In this document: positions 37,376 through 46,389 of the stretch, piece by piece
Numbering within the stretch: the stretch's first letter is position 1
Layout of the letters: each line of letters begins with the position of its first letter
Source: an uncultured Gammaproteobacteria bacterium
GTDB lineage: Bacteria > Patescibacteriota > Microgenomatia > CAZETR01
Length of the DNA: 64,000 nucleotides
Reading direction: 5' to 3'
Assembly: GCA_964514545.1 (NCBI GenBank)
Contig: CAZETR010000011.1
Span: 26,294-90,293, forward strand
Position numbers and translations under genes: made by a program
Notes under the pieces: model-generated
Told to the model about the DNA's origin: nothing
Seen by the model: the letters and a program-made list of their open reading frames with translations, nothing else
The model's database searches: none

Positions 37376-38178
37376 TACCGAGGTTTGATTACTTTCAAGT
37401 AAAGATTGAACATTTTAAACCCGATTCCGTTTTTAAAATCAATTGGCAGATTATTTCTCAATTTCATGTAACTGGCCCACTTGTTCTGTCGGTTTATCTT
37501 TTGGTTCGTGGAGCTGCCAATTTCATAGCGAAACTTTACCAGTTTCTTCGGAATAAGTTTAATCTGATGACTTTTTAGAATATGCGTGTACATTCCCCAG
37601 TCTTCCCCTCCTCTGCGATATTCATAGTCAAATCGATATTTGTTAACTGCGCTTCGTCTAAAAATTGAGTGGGAAAGTTGGCAGACCCAAAAAAAATCTT
37701 TTGATATATATCCGCTGTTGAAAATAAAATTTATGCTAAGCGCAAGCTGTCGAGCTAAGTTGATCAGCGATACTTTGAGCTTCTCAGCTAAAGGATATGG
37801 ACCGTAGAAATAGGGTTTGATGAGGCACATGGTTCCCATACAGGCGGGATTTGCAAATGCCTTTAGAGAAGCAACTAAAAAGCCGGGCTCCCATTGATCA
37901 TCTGAGTCAAGAAATGCAATCAATTTTCCTGCAGCATGTTTTATTCCGGTGTTTCTAGAACCCCCGGGTCCTTCTTCGTTCGTATTGGGTACAATTTTTA
38001 CTTTTGGATATCTTTTCTTGATGACGTTTTTGGGATAATCTAGGTTGTTGTCGATAACCAAAATTACCTCGATTTTCTCCAGTGGGACTTTTTGTAAATA
38101 TATAGACTGAATTGCTTGAATTGCATATTCAGGTCTGTGTTTATCAGGAATTATTACTGAGATATAAGCTTGCGTCAT
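37375..38178 (-). CDS. Glycosyltransferase family 2
   Basis: ISVIIP...GGSRNTGIKHAAGKLIAFLDSDDQW (DxD). Confidence 0.75.
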   Translation of the reverse strand: MTQAYISVIIPDKHRPEYAIQAIQSIYLQKVPLEKIEVILVIDNNLDYPKNVIKKRYPKVKIVPNTNEEGPGGSRNTGIKHAAGKLIAFLDSDDQWEPGFLVASLKAFANPACMGTMCLIKPYFYGPYPLAEKLKVSLINLARQLALSINFIFNSGYISKDFFWVCQLSHSIFRRSAVNKYRFDYEYRRGGEDWGMYTHILKSHQIKLIPKKLVKFRYEIGSSTNQKINRQNKWASYMKLRNNLPIDFKNGIGFKMFNLYLKVIKPR

Positions 38179-39461
38179 GGTCTGCTTAAATTCTTTGTTC
38201 CTCTCCCAAAATACTTCACTTCGGATTTCTTGATAACTCTTGGGTTTAAAATATTATTAGTGTCAAGAATTAGTTTGTGTCTCATTTTATTAATTTGACT
38301 TGAGGTGATGTTTCTGAATTCAGGCCATGGTGTCATAACTATCGCAAGGTCCAGTCCAGTAAAAAAATCGTCCAGACTCGTGCAAATTTTAAGGTGGGGG
38401 TGAGACACAATCTCGGTGCTGATTGCAGGATCGTAACCTATAATTCCTGCGACTTCGGATTTGAGAATAGTCGACAACGCAAGGGAGAGTGATCTGCGTA
38501 GTGTGTTTGTGTTTGGTTTATAAGTCAGGCCTAAAATTCCAATTATTTTATTTTTTGGCGATGGGAAAATGGTCTTTACCTTCTTAAGAATCATCTTTAA
38601 TCTGTCTGAATTTACCTCATAGACGGCACTTAATAGCTTTGGATTGTAACCGACGTTTGTAGCGATTTTTAGTAAAGCTTTTACGTCTCTGCCGAGGGTT
38701 CCGCCAGCGAATCCGGTACCTGGATTTATCGGTGCAAATCCGATTCTTTTATCCATTTTTAAAGCCTGAAGGATGTCTTTGTAGTCTCCGCCTACCTCTT
38801 CACATAAGTCACAAATTTCGCTGGTAAAGCTGATGGTTGTGGCCAAAAAGGCGTTTAGGGCATGTTTTACCATCTCGGCACTCTCGAATGACATCTCAAG
38901 CATCGGACACTTGAAGAAACTAAAGTCTTTCTTAAATTTATTTATCGCTCTATGACTCGCTGACCCAAGTACGATTCTATCTGGGCTGAGGAATGTTTGA
39001 TATGCATTGCCGAGTCTGATATTTTCGGGAAAATATATCACCTCTACATCTGCCACGCTTTTAAGTTGTCGCTCAAATCTTCGTGTGGTGCCTGTCGGGA
39101 TTTGGCTTGAAATTATAATTATTGACCCGGTGGAACAGTGGTGAGATATCAATTTGATTAGTCTTCTAACTGGCTCTATGTTCAACTCATCGTTTTCATC
39201 AACCGGTGTATCGATAGTGACAAAGATATATTTTTTGTTTTTTATCGCATCGGATGCGTCGAAAGAGAATCTAAGATTTTTATCAAGAGATTCTTTTAAT
39301 TTTTCGTTTAACCCAGGCTCAAAAATGGGTGGGTGGCCGTTTATTAACTCTCTGGTTACTTCAGGATCCAAATCGAATCCGGTGACGCGATACCCCAAAG
39401 AAGCCAACGAAGTCGCATAAATGCAACCCAGGTGCCATAGTCCGAGAATACCGATTTCCAT
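38175..39461 (-). CDS. Nucleotide-sugar 6-dehydrogenase (UDP-glucose/GDP-mannose dehydrogenase family)
   Basis: MEIGILGLWHLGCIYATSLASLGYRVTGFD N-terminal NAD fold plus a conserved central and C-terminal domain. Start placed at the internal MEIGILG. Confidence 0.85.
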   Translation of the reverse strand: MEIGILGLWHLGCIYATSLASLGYRVTGFDLDPEVTRELINGHPPIFEPGLNEKLKESLDKNLRFSFDASDAIKNKKYIFVTIDTPVDENDELNIEPVRRLIKLISHHCSTGSIIIISSQIPTGTTRRFERQLKSVADVEVIYFPENIRLGNAYQTFLSPDRIVLGSASHRAINKFKKDFSFFKCPMLEMSFESAEMVKHALNAFLATTISFTSEICDLCEEVGGDYKDILQALKMDKRIGFAPINPGTGFAGGTLGRDVKALLKIATNVGYNPKLLSAVYEVNSDRLKMILKKVKTIFPSPKNKIIGILGLTYKPNTNTLRRSLSLALSTILKSEVAGIIGYDPAISTEIVSHPHLKICTSLDDFFTGLDLAIVMTPWPEFRNITSSQINKMRHKLILDTNNILNPRVIKKSEVKYFGRGTKNLSRP

Positions 39462-39462
39462 A

Positions 39463-40350
39463 TTATTTTTCATAGAACGTACTGTTATCAATTCTCCTAA
39501 GCTTATATTTGTTTGCAGATAACTTTGACTCATGTTCCAGATCATCTATTGAGTCCCATTTGGCACTAATCAGCCTGCCTGTAATGTGGTCAGCCTTGCT
39601 TGAGCAGAGAAATGAGACTAATTCAGCGGCTAGTAGCGGGGAATCTCCACCCGATCTTTTTTGTTTAAGAGATCTCAAGTATATTTCTTTGCCGACTTTT
39701 TTTTCTCCTTGACCGAGAAGATAGTCGGTTAAGGATGAGTTAACAGCTCCTGGAGCGATACAATTTACCTGTATGTTGGAACCCTTTAGCTCTTCTGCAA
39801 CTACTTCAGTAAGTCCAGCTATTGATATTTTTGACGTAAAGTAGGCTGAGAATCTGGGAAGTGTGTTTTGTCCCCCGACTCCACCACCACAAAGGTTTAT
39901 TATTTTCCCCTTTTTGTTTTTTTTCATGACGGGGATGACCAGTTGGGTACAGTATACGGCCCCGAGTAAATTGACTTGGATGGTTTTTGACCATTCTGTG
40001 GGGTTTATATCTTCCAGTTTTCCTACGGGTCCGTAAATACCCGCGTTGTTAATAAGTACTTCGATTTTTTTTGAGATCTTCTTGGAGAAGTTGATGAGTT
40101 TTTTGCAATCTGCGGAATCGGACACATCTATTTTTAATCCGTATGCGCGAGTTTTTTTTGGGCTACTGTTTAGTGTCTCGAGGGCAATGTTAATGTCTTT
40201 TTTAGTTCTTGAGCATATAACAACTGTGTATCCATCTGCTATCAATTGCTTCGAAATAGCAATGCCTATCCCCCTTGCTCCACCGGTAATAATGGCTAAA
40301 TTTTTATTTTTCACTAACAGATGTATAGCTTGTTTACTATGTACTTTCAA
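39463..40350 (-). CDS. Short-chain dehydrogenase/reductase (SDR)
   Basis: LAIITGGARGIGIAI TGxxxGxG motif; classical SDR length. Confidence 0.85.
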   Translation of the reverse strand: MKVHSKQAIHLLVKNKNLAIITGGARGIGIAISKQLIADGYTVVICSRTKKDINIALETLNSSPKKTRAYGLKIDVSDSADCKKLINFSKKISKKIEVLINNAGIYGPVGKLEDINPTEWSKTIQVNLLGAVYCTQLVIPVMKKNKKGKIINLCGGGVGGQNTLPRFSAYFTSKISIAGLTEVVAEELKGSNIQVNCIAPGAVNSSLTDYLLGQGEKKVGKEIYLRSLKQKRSGGDSPLLAAELVSFLCSSKADHITGRLISAKWDSIDDLEHESKLSANKYKLRRIDNSTFYEK

Positions 40351-40394
40351 CCGTTATATTGATTTTGTTTTATCGATCGGTTATATAGAGTTCA

Positions 40395-41522
40395 ATGAAG
40401 GGAAAGGTTTTGGTGACAGGCGGAGCGGGGTTTATTGGTTCTCATATTGTAGACTTGTTGTTAACGAAGGGCTATAGCGTTCGAATCATTGACATATTAC
40501 AAGAGAGGGTTCATCCCAAGGGTAAACCAAAATATATTCCAAATGAAGTTGAATTTATCAAAGGAGATGTCTCAGATCCAAAGTTGATGCTAAAAGTTCT
40601 GAGGGAAATAGATTATGTCTTCCACCTCGCGGCATATCAGGATTATTTACCGGATTTTAGTCATTTTATCCATACAAATTCTGAGAGTTCAGCTTTGATG
40701 TTTGAGTTAATACTTGCAAATAAGCTTCCGGTAAAGAAAATTGTTTTTGCGTCATCTCAAGCTGTTGCGGGTGATGGAAAATGGAACTGTATAAAACACG
40801 GTCAGTTTTGGGCTGCGTCTCGACCAATTGAACAACTGGAAAGAGGCGAATGGGAGATTAAGTGCCCGAAGTGCCGCAAAGACTGTCAACATGTCTTAAT
40901 GACTGAAGATATCTGCAGGCCGATCACAACTTACGGTATTTCTAAATATGCGATAGAGCTATTAGCTCAAACTTTGGGAAATAAATATAATATTCCAACC
41001 GTGTGTATGCGGTATACGTATGTTCAGGGGCCAAGAAATTCTATTTATAATGCTTACTCAGGAATTCTGCGGGTGTTTGCAATGAGAATACTGAATAATA
41101 AATCTCCGGTCTTATTTGAGGACGGAATGGGCCTAAGGGACTATGTAAATGTGACGGATGTCGCAAGGGCAAATGTCTTGGTAATGGAAGATGACAGGGC
41201 GAATAATAAGGTATTCTTTGCGGGAGGGGGAAGGCCTTACACTGGGTTGGAGTTCGCACAGACGATGCTTAGGGTATTCGGCCGCAAATTGGAGCCGCAA
41301 ATACCGGGAATCTTTCGTGTTGGGGATACTAGATCCACGGTTTCTGATATTTCTGCCTTAGGAAAGTTGGGATGGAAACCCCAAAAAACCCTTGAGAAGT
41401 CCTTGACTGAATATCGAGATTGGCTCTTGGAACAAGGCAAAATTGAAGATGTTTCTGGCATGGCAATGAAAAATATGATAAAGCAGGGGGTAATTCGGAA
41501 AGTTAAAAATCATAAACAATGA
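40395..41522 (+). CDS. NAD-dependent epimerase/dehydratase with a Cys-rich insertion
   Basis: VLVTGGAGFIGSHIV; YGISKYAIE (YxxxK). Insert GKWNCIKHG...EIKCPKCRKDCQH contains C-x25-C-x2-C-x3-C. Confidence 0.8.
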   Translation: MKGKVLVTGGAGFIGSHIVDLLLTKGYSVRIIDILQERVHPKGKPKYIPNEVEFIKGDVSDPKLMLKVLREIDYVFHLAAYQDYLPDFSHFIHTNSESSALMFELILANKLPVKKIVFASSQAVAGDGKWNCIKHGQFWAASRPIEQLERGEWEIKCPKCRKDCQHVLMTEDICRPITTYGISKYAIELLAQTLGNKYNIPTVCMRYTYVQGPRNSIYNAYSGILRVFAMRILNNKSPVLFEDGMGLRDYVNVTDVARANVLVMEDDRANNKVFFAGGGRPYTGLEFAQTMLRVFGRKLEPQIPGIFRVGDTRSTVSDISALGKLGWKPQKTLEKSLTEYRDWLLEQGKIEDVSGMAMKNMIKQGVIRKVKNHKQ

Positions 41523-42235
41523 AGGGCATAGTTTTGGCCGGAGGGTTGGGAACTCGGCTAAATCCGGTTACAAAGGTCTTGAATAAACATATACTCCCCG
41601 TGGATGACAAGCCGATGTTTTACCATCCCCTGGGGACACTGATACGGTCTGGGATTAAGCAAGTAGCGGTAGTAAGCGGGCCGCCGTTCGGAAATCAAAT
41701 TAGAGAACTATTGAGATATTTCCCTTTCCCGGAAACAGTAAAATCTATTTATATTGATCAGCCTTCCCCTGCGGGTATGCCTGACGGTATAATGAGATGT
41801 AAGGCATTTGTGCAAAAGGAATCTGTGATTGTGATCGCAGGTGATAATTTATACGACCTGGATTTTACGACTGAGATCAAAAATTTTTCATCAGGAGCGT
41901 TGTCCTTTTTAAGAAAGACAAGCGATGCCCATAGGTTCGGAGTGCCGATCTATGATATAGATGGAAAATTGATCGGAATTGTGGAAAAACCGATTAACTT
42001 GGTGTCGGAATGGGCTGTAACAGGACCGCATATCTTTGATAATCGTGTGTTTGACATGATAGGGAATTTGAAACCATCTGATAGACGCGAACTGGAAATC
42101 TCTGATTTGAATTTTGAATATATTAAGTTGGGACAGCTGAAGCTTGTGAAACGTTCTGACTACTGGGTTGACATGGGCACTTTCGAATCATTATTGACTG
42201 CAGGTGAACATGCACATTCTAAAATGAAACAATGA
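41519..42235 (+). CDS. Sugar-1-phosphate nucleotidyltransferase (small RmlA/HddC-like)
   Basis: MKGIVLAGGLGTRLNPVT; 238 aa. Confidence 0.8.
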   Translation: MKGIVLAGGLGTRLNPVTKVLNKHILPVDDKPMFYHPLGTLIRSGIKQVAVVSGPPFGNQIRELLRYFPFPETVKSIYIDQPSPAGMPDGIMRCKAFVQKESVIVIAGDNLYDLDFTTEIKNFSSGALSFLRKTSDAHRFGVPIYDIDGKLIGIVEKPINLVSEWAVTGPHIFDNRVFDMIGNLKPSDRRELEISDLNFEYIKLGQLKLVKRSDYWVDMGTFESLLTAGEHAHSKMKQ

Positions 42236-43218
42236 TTGTTGTAAGAGCACCGTTTAGGATTCCCTTGGGTGGTGGAGGCACCGACTTGCCGACATATTAT
42301 TCTAAATTCGGCGGTAGTTTAATGTCAGTCGCTATAGATAAATACATTGTTGCAACTGTGAATAGGCCAATGATTGATAATTTAATTCGTCTTAAGTATT
42401 CGAAAACAGAAATTGTAGAGAAGGTTGACCAAGTAGAACATGCTTTAGTAAAGGAGGCTCTCCGCTTAACTGGTGTGCTTGACAGGGTCGAACTGTCCTG
42501 GATCGCAGACGTCCCCTTCGGAACCGGGATGGGGTCTTCGGGCACATTTCTAGTTTCGACTTTGAAAGCTCTGCATGCAATCGCAGGGAATGAAGTAACT
42601 ACAAGGCAGGTGGCCGAGGAAGCGTGTAAGATAGAGATCGAGATTCTCAAGTCACCGGTTGGGAAACAAGATCAGTACATGGCTGCTTACGGAGGTGTTA
42701 CAAGGCTAGAAATAGATAAATTCGGACATGTTGATGTAATTAAACCCAATATTTCAACTGAAACATTGAGAGACTTAGAAAGTAGTCTGGTGGTTTTTTA
42801 TACCGGCATAAGAAGATCTGGCGCAGGGGTGCTTGCAAAGCAGAATGCGGCAGTAAAAAGAGGAAGTTCAAAGGTCGAGAATAATTTGCATTTCATAAAA
42901 GAGCTGGGGATGGAGATTGTAAAGGCGTTGGAGGGAGGAAATATTAGAAGATTCGGAGCCCTACTGGATGCCCACTGGCAGTACAAAAGAAGGCTGTCGG
43001 ATAAGGTTTCCAGTGACGAAATTGATAGATGGTACCAGGAGGCTAGATATGCCGGGGCTATCGGTGGCAAGATAATGGGAGCCGGCGGCGGTGGCTTTAT
43101 GGTTTTTTGTTGCCCTGGAGACAAGGCGGAGTTAAGAGAATTGATGAAAAAAGAGGGACTCTTGGAGATGCATGTCCGCTTTGATATGGAGGGCGCAAAG
43201 GTAATGATAAACTTTTAA
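42232..43218 (+). CDS. GHMP-family sugar kinase (HddA-like)
   Basis: PFRIPLGGGGTD and PFGTGMGSSGTFLVST GHMP motifs; ATGA-coupled to the preceding nucleotidyltransferase. Confidence 0.8.
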   Translation: MIVVRAPFRIPLGGGGTDLPTYYSKFGGSLMSVAIDKYIVATVNRPMIDNLIRLKYSKTEIVEKVDQVEHALVKEALRLTGVLDRVELSWIADVPFGTGMGSSGTFLVSTLKALHAIAGNEVTTRQVAEEACKIEIEILKSPVGKQDQYMAAYGGVTRLEIDKFGHVDVIKPNISTETLRDLESSLVVFYTGIRRSGAGVLAKQNAAVKRGSSKVENNLHFIKELGMEIVKALEGGNIRRFGALLDAHWQYKRRLSDKVSSDEIDRWYQEARYAGAIGGKIMGAGGGGFMVFCCPGDKAELRELMKKEGLLEMHVRFDMEGAKVMINF

Positions 43219-43231
43219 TTTTTTTAATGTT

Positions 43232-44203
43232 ATGAAAGTAGGAATAATCGGTGCAGGGTTGATCGGAAGAAAAAGAGCAGGAGCGGTGGCAAAATCCGAT
43301 CAGATAATTGTTGTCGCTGATATCGATATTTCCAAGGCAGAAAATTTGGCTAATGAGTTGGTTGGTTGCGAGTCGACGGGAAAGTGGACTGAGGTCGTGG
43401 CAAGAAAGGATGTAGATGCTGTGTGTGTGGCAACAACCCACGAGTCTTTGGCCGAGATCTCTTTGGCAATTCTGACATCTGGAAAACATGTTTTGTGTGA
43501 GAAGCCACTGGGGATAAGGACGCCGGAGGTAGAAAGATGCGTGAAAGAGGCGAAGAAGAAAAAGCTGATCTATAAAACCGGATTCAATCATAGATTTCAT
43601 CCTGGAATTTTTAGAGCGCATGAGATGTTTAAAACCGACAAGATAGGCGAATTGATGTATATTAAAGCAACTTACGGAATTGGCGGGCGACCGGGTTATG
43701 AAAGGGAGTGGCGAATGAATAAAAGGATTTCCGGAGGCGGAGAGTTAATTGACCAAGGAACGCATTTAATCGATTTATCGAGGTGGTTTATGGGAGAAAT
43801 CGTTGATTTTAAAGCCGAGTTATTAACCTGTTTTTGGCCGGTAAGGGTCGAGGACAATGTCTTCATGTGGCTCAAAAATAAAAAGGCGGTTGCCGAGCTT
43901 CACGCCAGTTGGACGGAATGGAAAAATCGATTTGTGTTTGAAGTACATGGAACCCTCGGGTATTTGAAAATTAACGGACTTGGTGGTTCGTATGGAACAG
44001 AGACTTTGACCTGGGGTTTGAGGATTCCCGGCAAGGCCCCGGAGGAAAAAGCGTGGGCGTTTCCCGGTGAGGATGTGTCCTGGAAAGGAGAGTGGCAAAA
44101 TTTTAGACAAGCTGTTCGGGGGAAAGAAGAATTAAACGGGTCTGGGGAAGATGGACTAGAAATGCTACGGATCATCGAGAAAGCTTACAAGCATAAAACC
44201 TAA
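43232..44203 (+). CDS. Gfo/Idh/MocA-family NAD(P)-dependent oxidoreductase
   Basis: MKVGIIGAGLIGRKRA...HVLCEKPLG. Confidence 0.85.
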   Translation: MKVGIIGAGLIGRKRAGAVAKSDQIIVVADIDISKAENLANELVGCESTGKWTEVVARKDVDAVCVATTHESLAEISLAILTSGKHVLCEKPLGIRTPEVERCVKEAKKKKLIYKTGFNHRFHPGIFRAHEMFKTDKIGELMYIKATYGIGGRPGYEREWRMNKRISGGGELIDQGTHLIDLSRWFMGEIVDFKAELLTCFWPVRVEDNVFMWLKNKKAVAELHASWTEWKNRFVFEVHGTLGYLKINGLGGSYGTETLTWGLRIPGKAPEEKAWAFPGEDVSWKGEWQNFRQAVRGKEELNGSGEDGLEMLRIIEKAYKHKT

Positions 44204-44207
44204 TCCG

Positions 44208-44951
44208 GTGCTGTTGTGTTATACTCCATGCCGTATGAGTGTTGAAAATTTATTAAGCGGCCCTTTTTTTCTGGAAAGGCAGAGAAGGTATTTTCAGTAT
44301 TTTACTTTGATTCATTTAAGCGAAATGAGACGTTTGAAAGCTGGAGGGCTTTTTTTTACTGACGAAAAAAATGACTTTAGGGGGGTTGTCAGACATCAAT
44401 TGCTTGTGGGGGCAATGGCTCTAGAAGTGGGAGAATTGTGCGGACTGCCGCAAGATGAGTTGAATGAAGTGGTTTCTCAGGGTTTAACACACGATGAAGA
44501 TAAGCGAAGGCAGGTAAGAGATAGGAGTCGGACTGAAGAATTGACGCATGAATTACAAAAAGGCTCGGGACTGGCTCGCGCAACGAGTACTCATTTTGGC
44601 GATTTTGATAAATGGGGCATAAAAGAGTACATTTTGAGATTTTGTGATTCAAGTGTAACTACTCAAATACTTCCCTGGCGAGAACGAGTGGCAAAACTAT
44701 ACGAAACAAAGGCTGACGAGAATGAATTGGGAAAAGGCATATACGGAATGGGAATGTGGGATAAACTTACCCAAGCAATGGAGGTAGTTGAACAAGAGCT
44801 GTACACAAGAATCATTGAGAGGCACGCGGAGCTTGAGGATCGATTCCCTAGCCAAGAAGATCTGCACCAGATTGTAATAGAAAGGATATTTGAGAAAATT
44901 ATTAATTATTCAAGCAGATCGTATCCAAAATTGAAATCAGGCTCAGACTAG
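44208..44951 (+). CDS. Hypothetical protein, possible HD-domain protein (paralog of the 9003..9680 product)
   Basis: RGVVRHQLLVGAMALEV...GLTHDEDKRRQVRDR aligns with RNVVEHQLVQLAAAEAL...ATHDWRMRLDKR of the other gene. Confidence 0.4.
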   Translation: MLLCYTPCRMSVENLLSGPFFLERQRRYFQYFTLIHLSEMRRLKAGGLFFTDEKNDFRGVVRHQLLVGAMALEVGELCGLPQDELNEVVSQGLTHDEDKRRQVRDRSRTEELTHELQKGSGLARATSTHFGDFDKWGIKEYILRFCDSSVTTQILPWRERVAKLYETKADENELGKGIYGMGMWDKLTQAMEVVEQELYTRIIERHAELEDRFPSQEDLHQIVIERIFEKIINYSSRSYPKLKSGSD

Positions 44952-45686
44952 TTTGAAGTTGGGATCTTTAGAAGCTAGTTCGTAGGCTTGGTCAAATTGA
45001 CTAATAGTTTCCCGAAGTCTGCGGTTGGAAAATGATTGGCGCAGGACCTCCGGCGTTACGGTAACTATATGAGCTCCAAGGGAAAAGGCCTGTCTTATCT
45101 GCTCGGCAGTCCTGATGCTGCCAACAATGACGCGGACATTGCGATGGTTCCTGGTAACCAAGTAAGCAAGGGTTGACTCAAGAACGGCCTCTGGTCCAGG
45201 GCCTTGGTCATATTTTTCATGGCTCTCTTGAGTCCTGGCCCAAAAGAGGCTAATAAAATTGGCGCCGGCGTCAGCTGCGAGAGCTAGTTGTGAAAAAACT
45301 AAACCCAGGGTGGCGTTAACTGGAATATTACGTTTTCTTAGCTCTGGTATAACCTTTAACCATTTAAAATCTGGAGCCAACGGTACTTTAACGACTGCGT
45401 TGGAGGGATGTGCGTCTGCGTATTTAACTCCCAGGTCTACCATTTGTCTAGCCGTCATCTTGGTACTGGGAATTTCGACTGACACCGGAAAACCTGGTCC
45501 AACTATTTGACAAATTTCATTTAGTCGGGCCGGAATATCTAGGACTCCGTCTTTTAGAAGTATGACCGGGTTCGTGGTGAGCCCGGTAAGGACAGCCCTC
45601 CATCTTTTTATTTGCTCAGGGTCGCTTGAGTCAAGGAAGTGGCCGGAGACGTTAACTTCTGGTCTTAGGATTTCTGTGTTTGTCAT
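44943..45686 (-). CDS. Transaldolase-family protein (Fsa/TalC-like)
   Basis: LDSSDPEQIKRW...GLTTNPVIL and VVKVP...NATLGLVFSQ match transaldolase/FSA motifs. Confidence 0.7.
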   Translation of the reverse strand: MTNTEILRPEVNVSGHFLDSSDPEQIKRWRAVLTGLTTNPVILLKDGVLDIPARLNEICQIVGPGFPVSVEIPSTKMTARQMVDLGVKYADAHPSNAVVKVPLAPDFKWLKVIPELRKRNIPVNATLGLVFSQLALAADAGANFISLFWARTQESHEKYDQGPGPEAVLESTLAYLVTRNHRNVRVIVGSIRTAEQIRQAFSLGAHIVTVTPEVLRQSFSNRRLRETISQFDQAYELASKDPNFKLV

Positions 45687-46311
45687 TTATGACACCTGGG
45701 AAATTTTTTATCATATTTTTAAGGGCAAAGATAATGGCATGATGCAGAACGACATGGGTTGCCTCGATCCCAGGTGTTCCGTATGGCTCCGAATTAATTG
45801 GTACTACCAAGCATACGTCTGCCATCTTCATCATGGCTCCCCCATTAAATCCCGCAAAGCCGATTATTTTTGCCTTACGGTCTTTGGCTAGTTTCATCGC
45901 CTGAACCAAGTTTTGCGACCACAGTCCAGCATCTCCCTCGCCTGCCCCGCCGTGGACTGAAAATCCAATCAAAACATCTTTGCTCGTAATCCAGGGGTCA
46001 AGTTGGCCGGCAAAAACGCTCCCCCATCCTTTGTCGTTGGTCCAAGCGCTGACCAATGGAATGTTGTCTACTAAGGAAATTGCCCTAAGCCCTTTTTTGC
46101 CGTCTGCCATGACGGTTTTTGCCAGGTCTGCTGCAAAATGTGTGGCTGTGGAAGCTGACCCTCCGCATCCCATGGTAAAAATGGTGCCTGAATTTTTCCA
46201 TGTTTCAAAAAGAATGTTTATAACTTTTTGAAGGTCATCATTTGACGAAAAGTGGATGGCTGATTTGACTATTTCAAAAAAATACCCGCTTAGTGAAAAG
46301 CTATTATCCAT
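45652..46311 (-). CDS. SIS-domain sugar-phosphate isomerase, GmhA-like (sedoheptulose-7-phosphate isomerase family)
   Basis: IFTMGCGGSASTATHFAADL matches GmhA GNGGSAADAQHFAAEL; about 200 aa. Confidence 0.75.
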   Translation of the reverse strand: MDNSFSLSGYFFEIVKSAIHFSSNDDLQKVINILFETWKNSGTIFTMGCGGSASTATHFAADLAKTVMADGKKGLRAISLVDNIPLVSAWTNDKGWGSVFAGQLDPWITSKDVLIGFSVHGGAGEGDAGLWSQNLVQAMKLAKDRKAKIIGFAGFNGGAMMKMADVCLVVPINSEPYGTPGIEATHVVLHHAIIFALKNMIKNFPGVINDKHRNPKTRS

Positions 46312-46389
46312 TTCCTGGGGCAGGATATGAAACTTTTATTCTATTGGAAATTGGTTGTCAATTAGCAAAGTATTGTATATCATGCCGAT

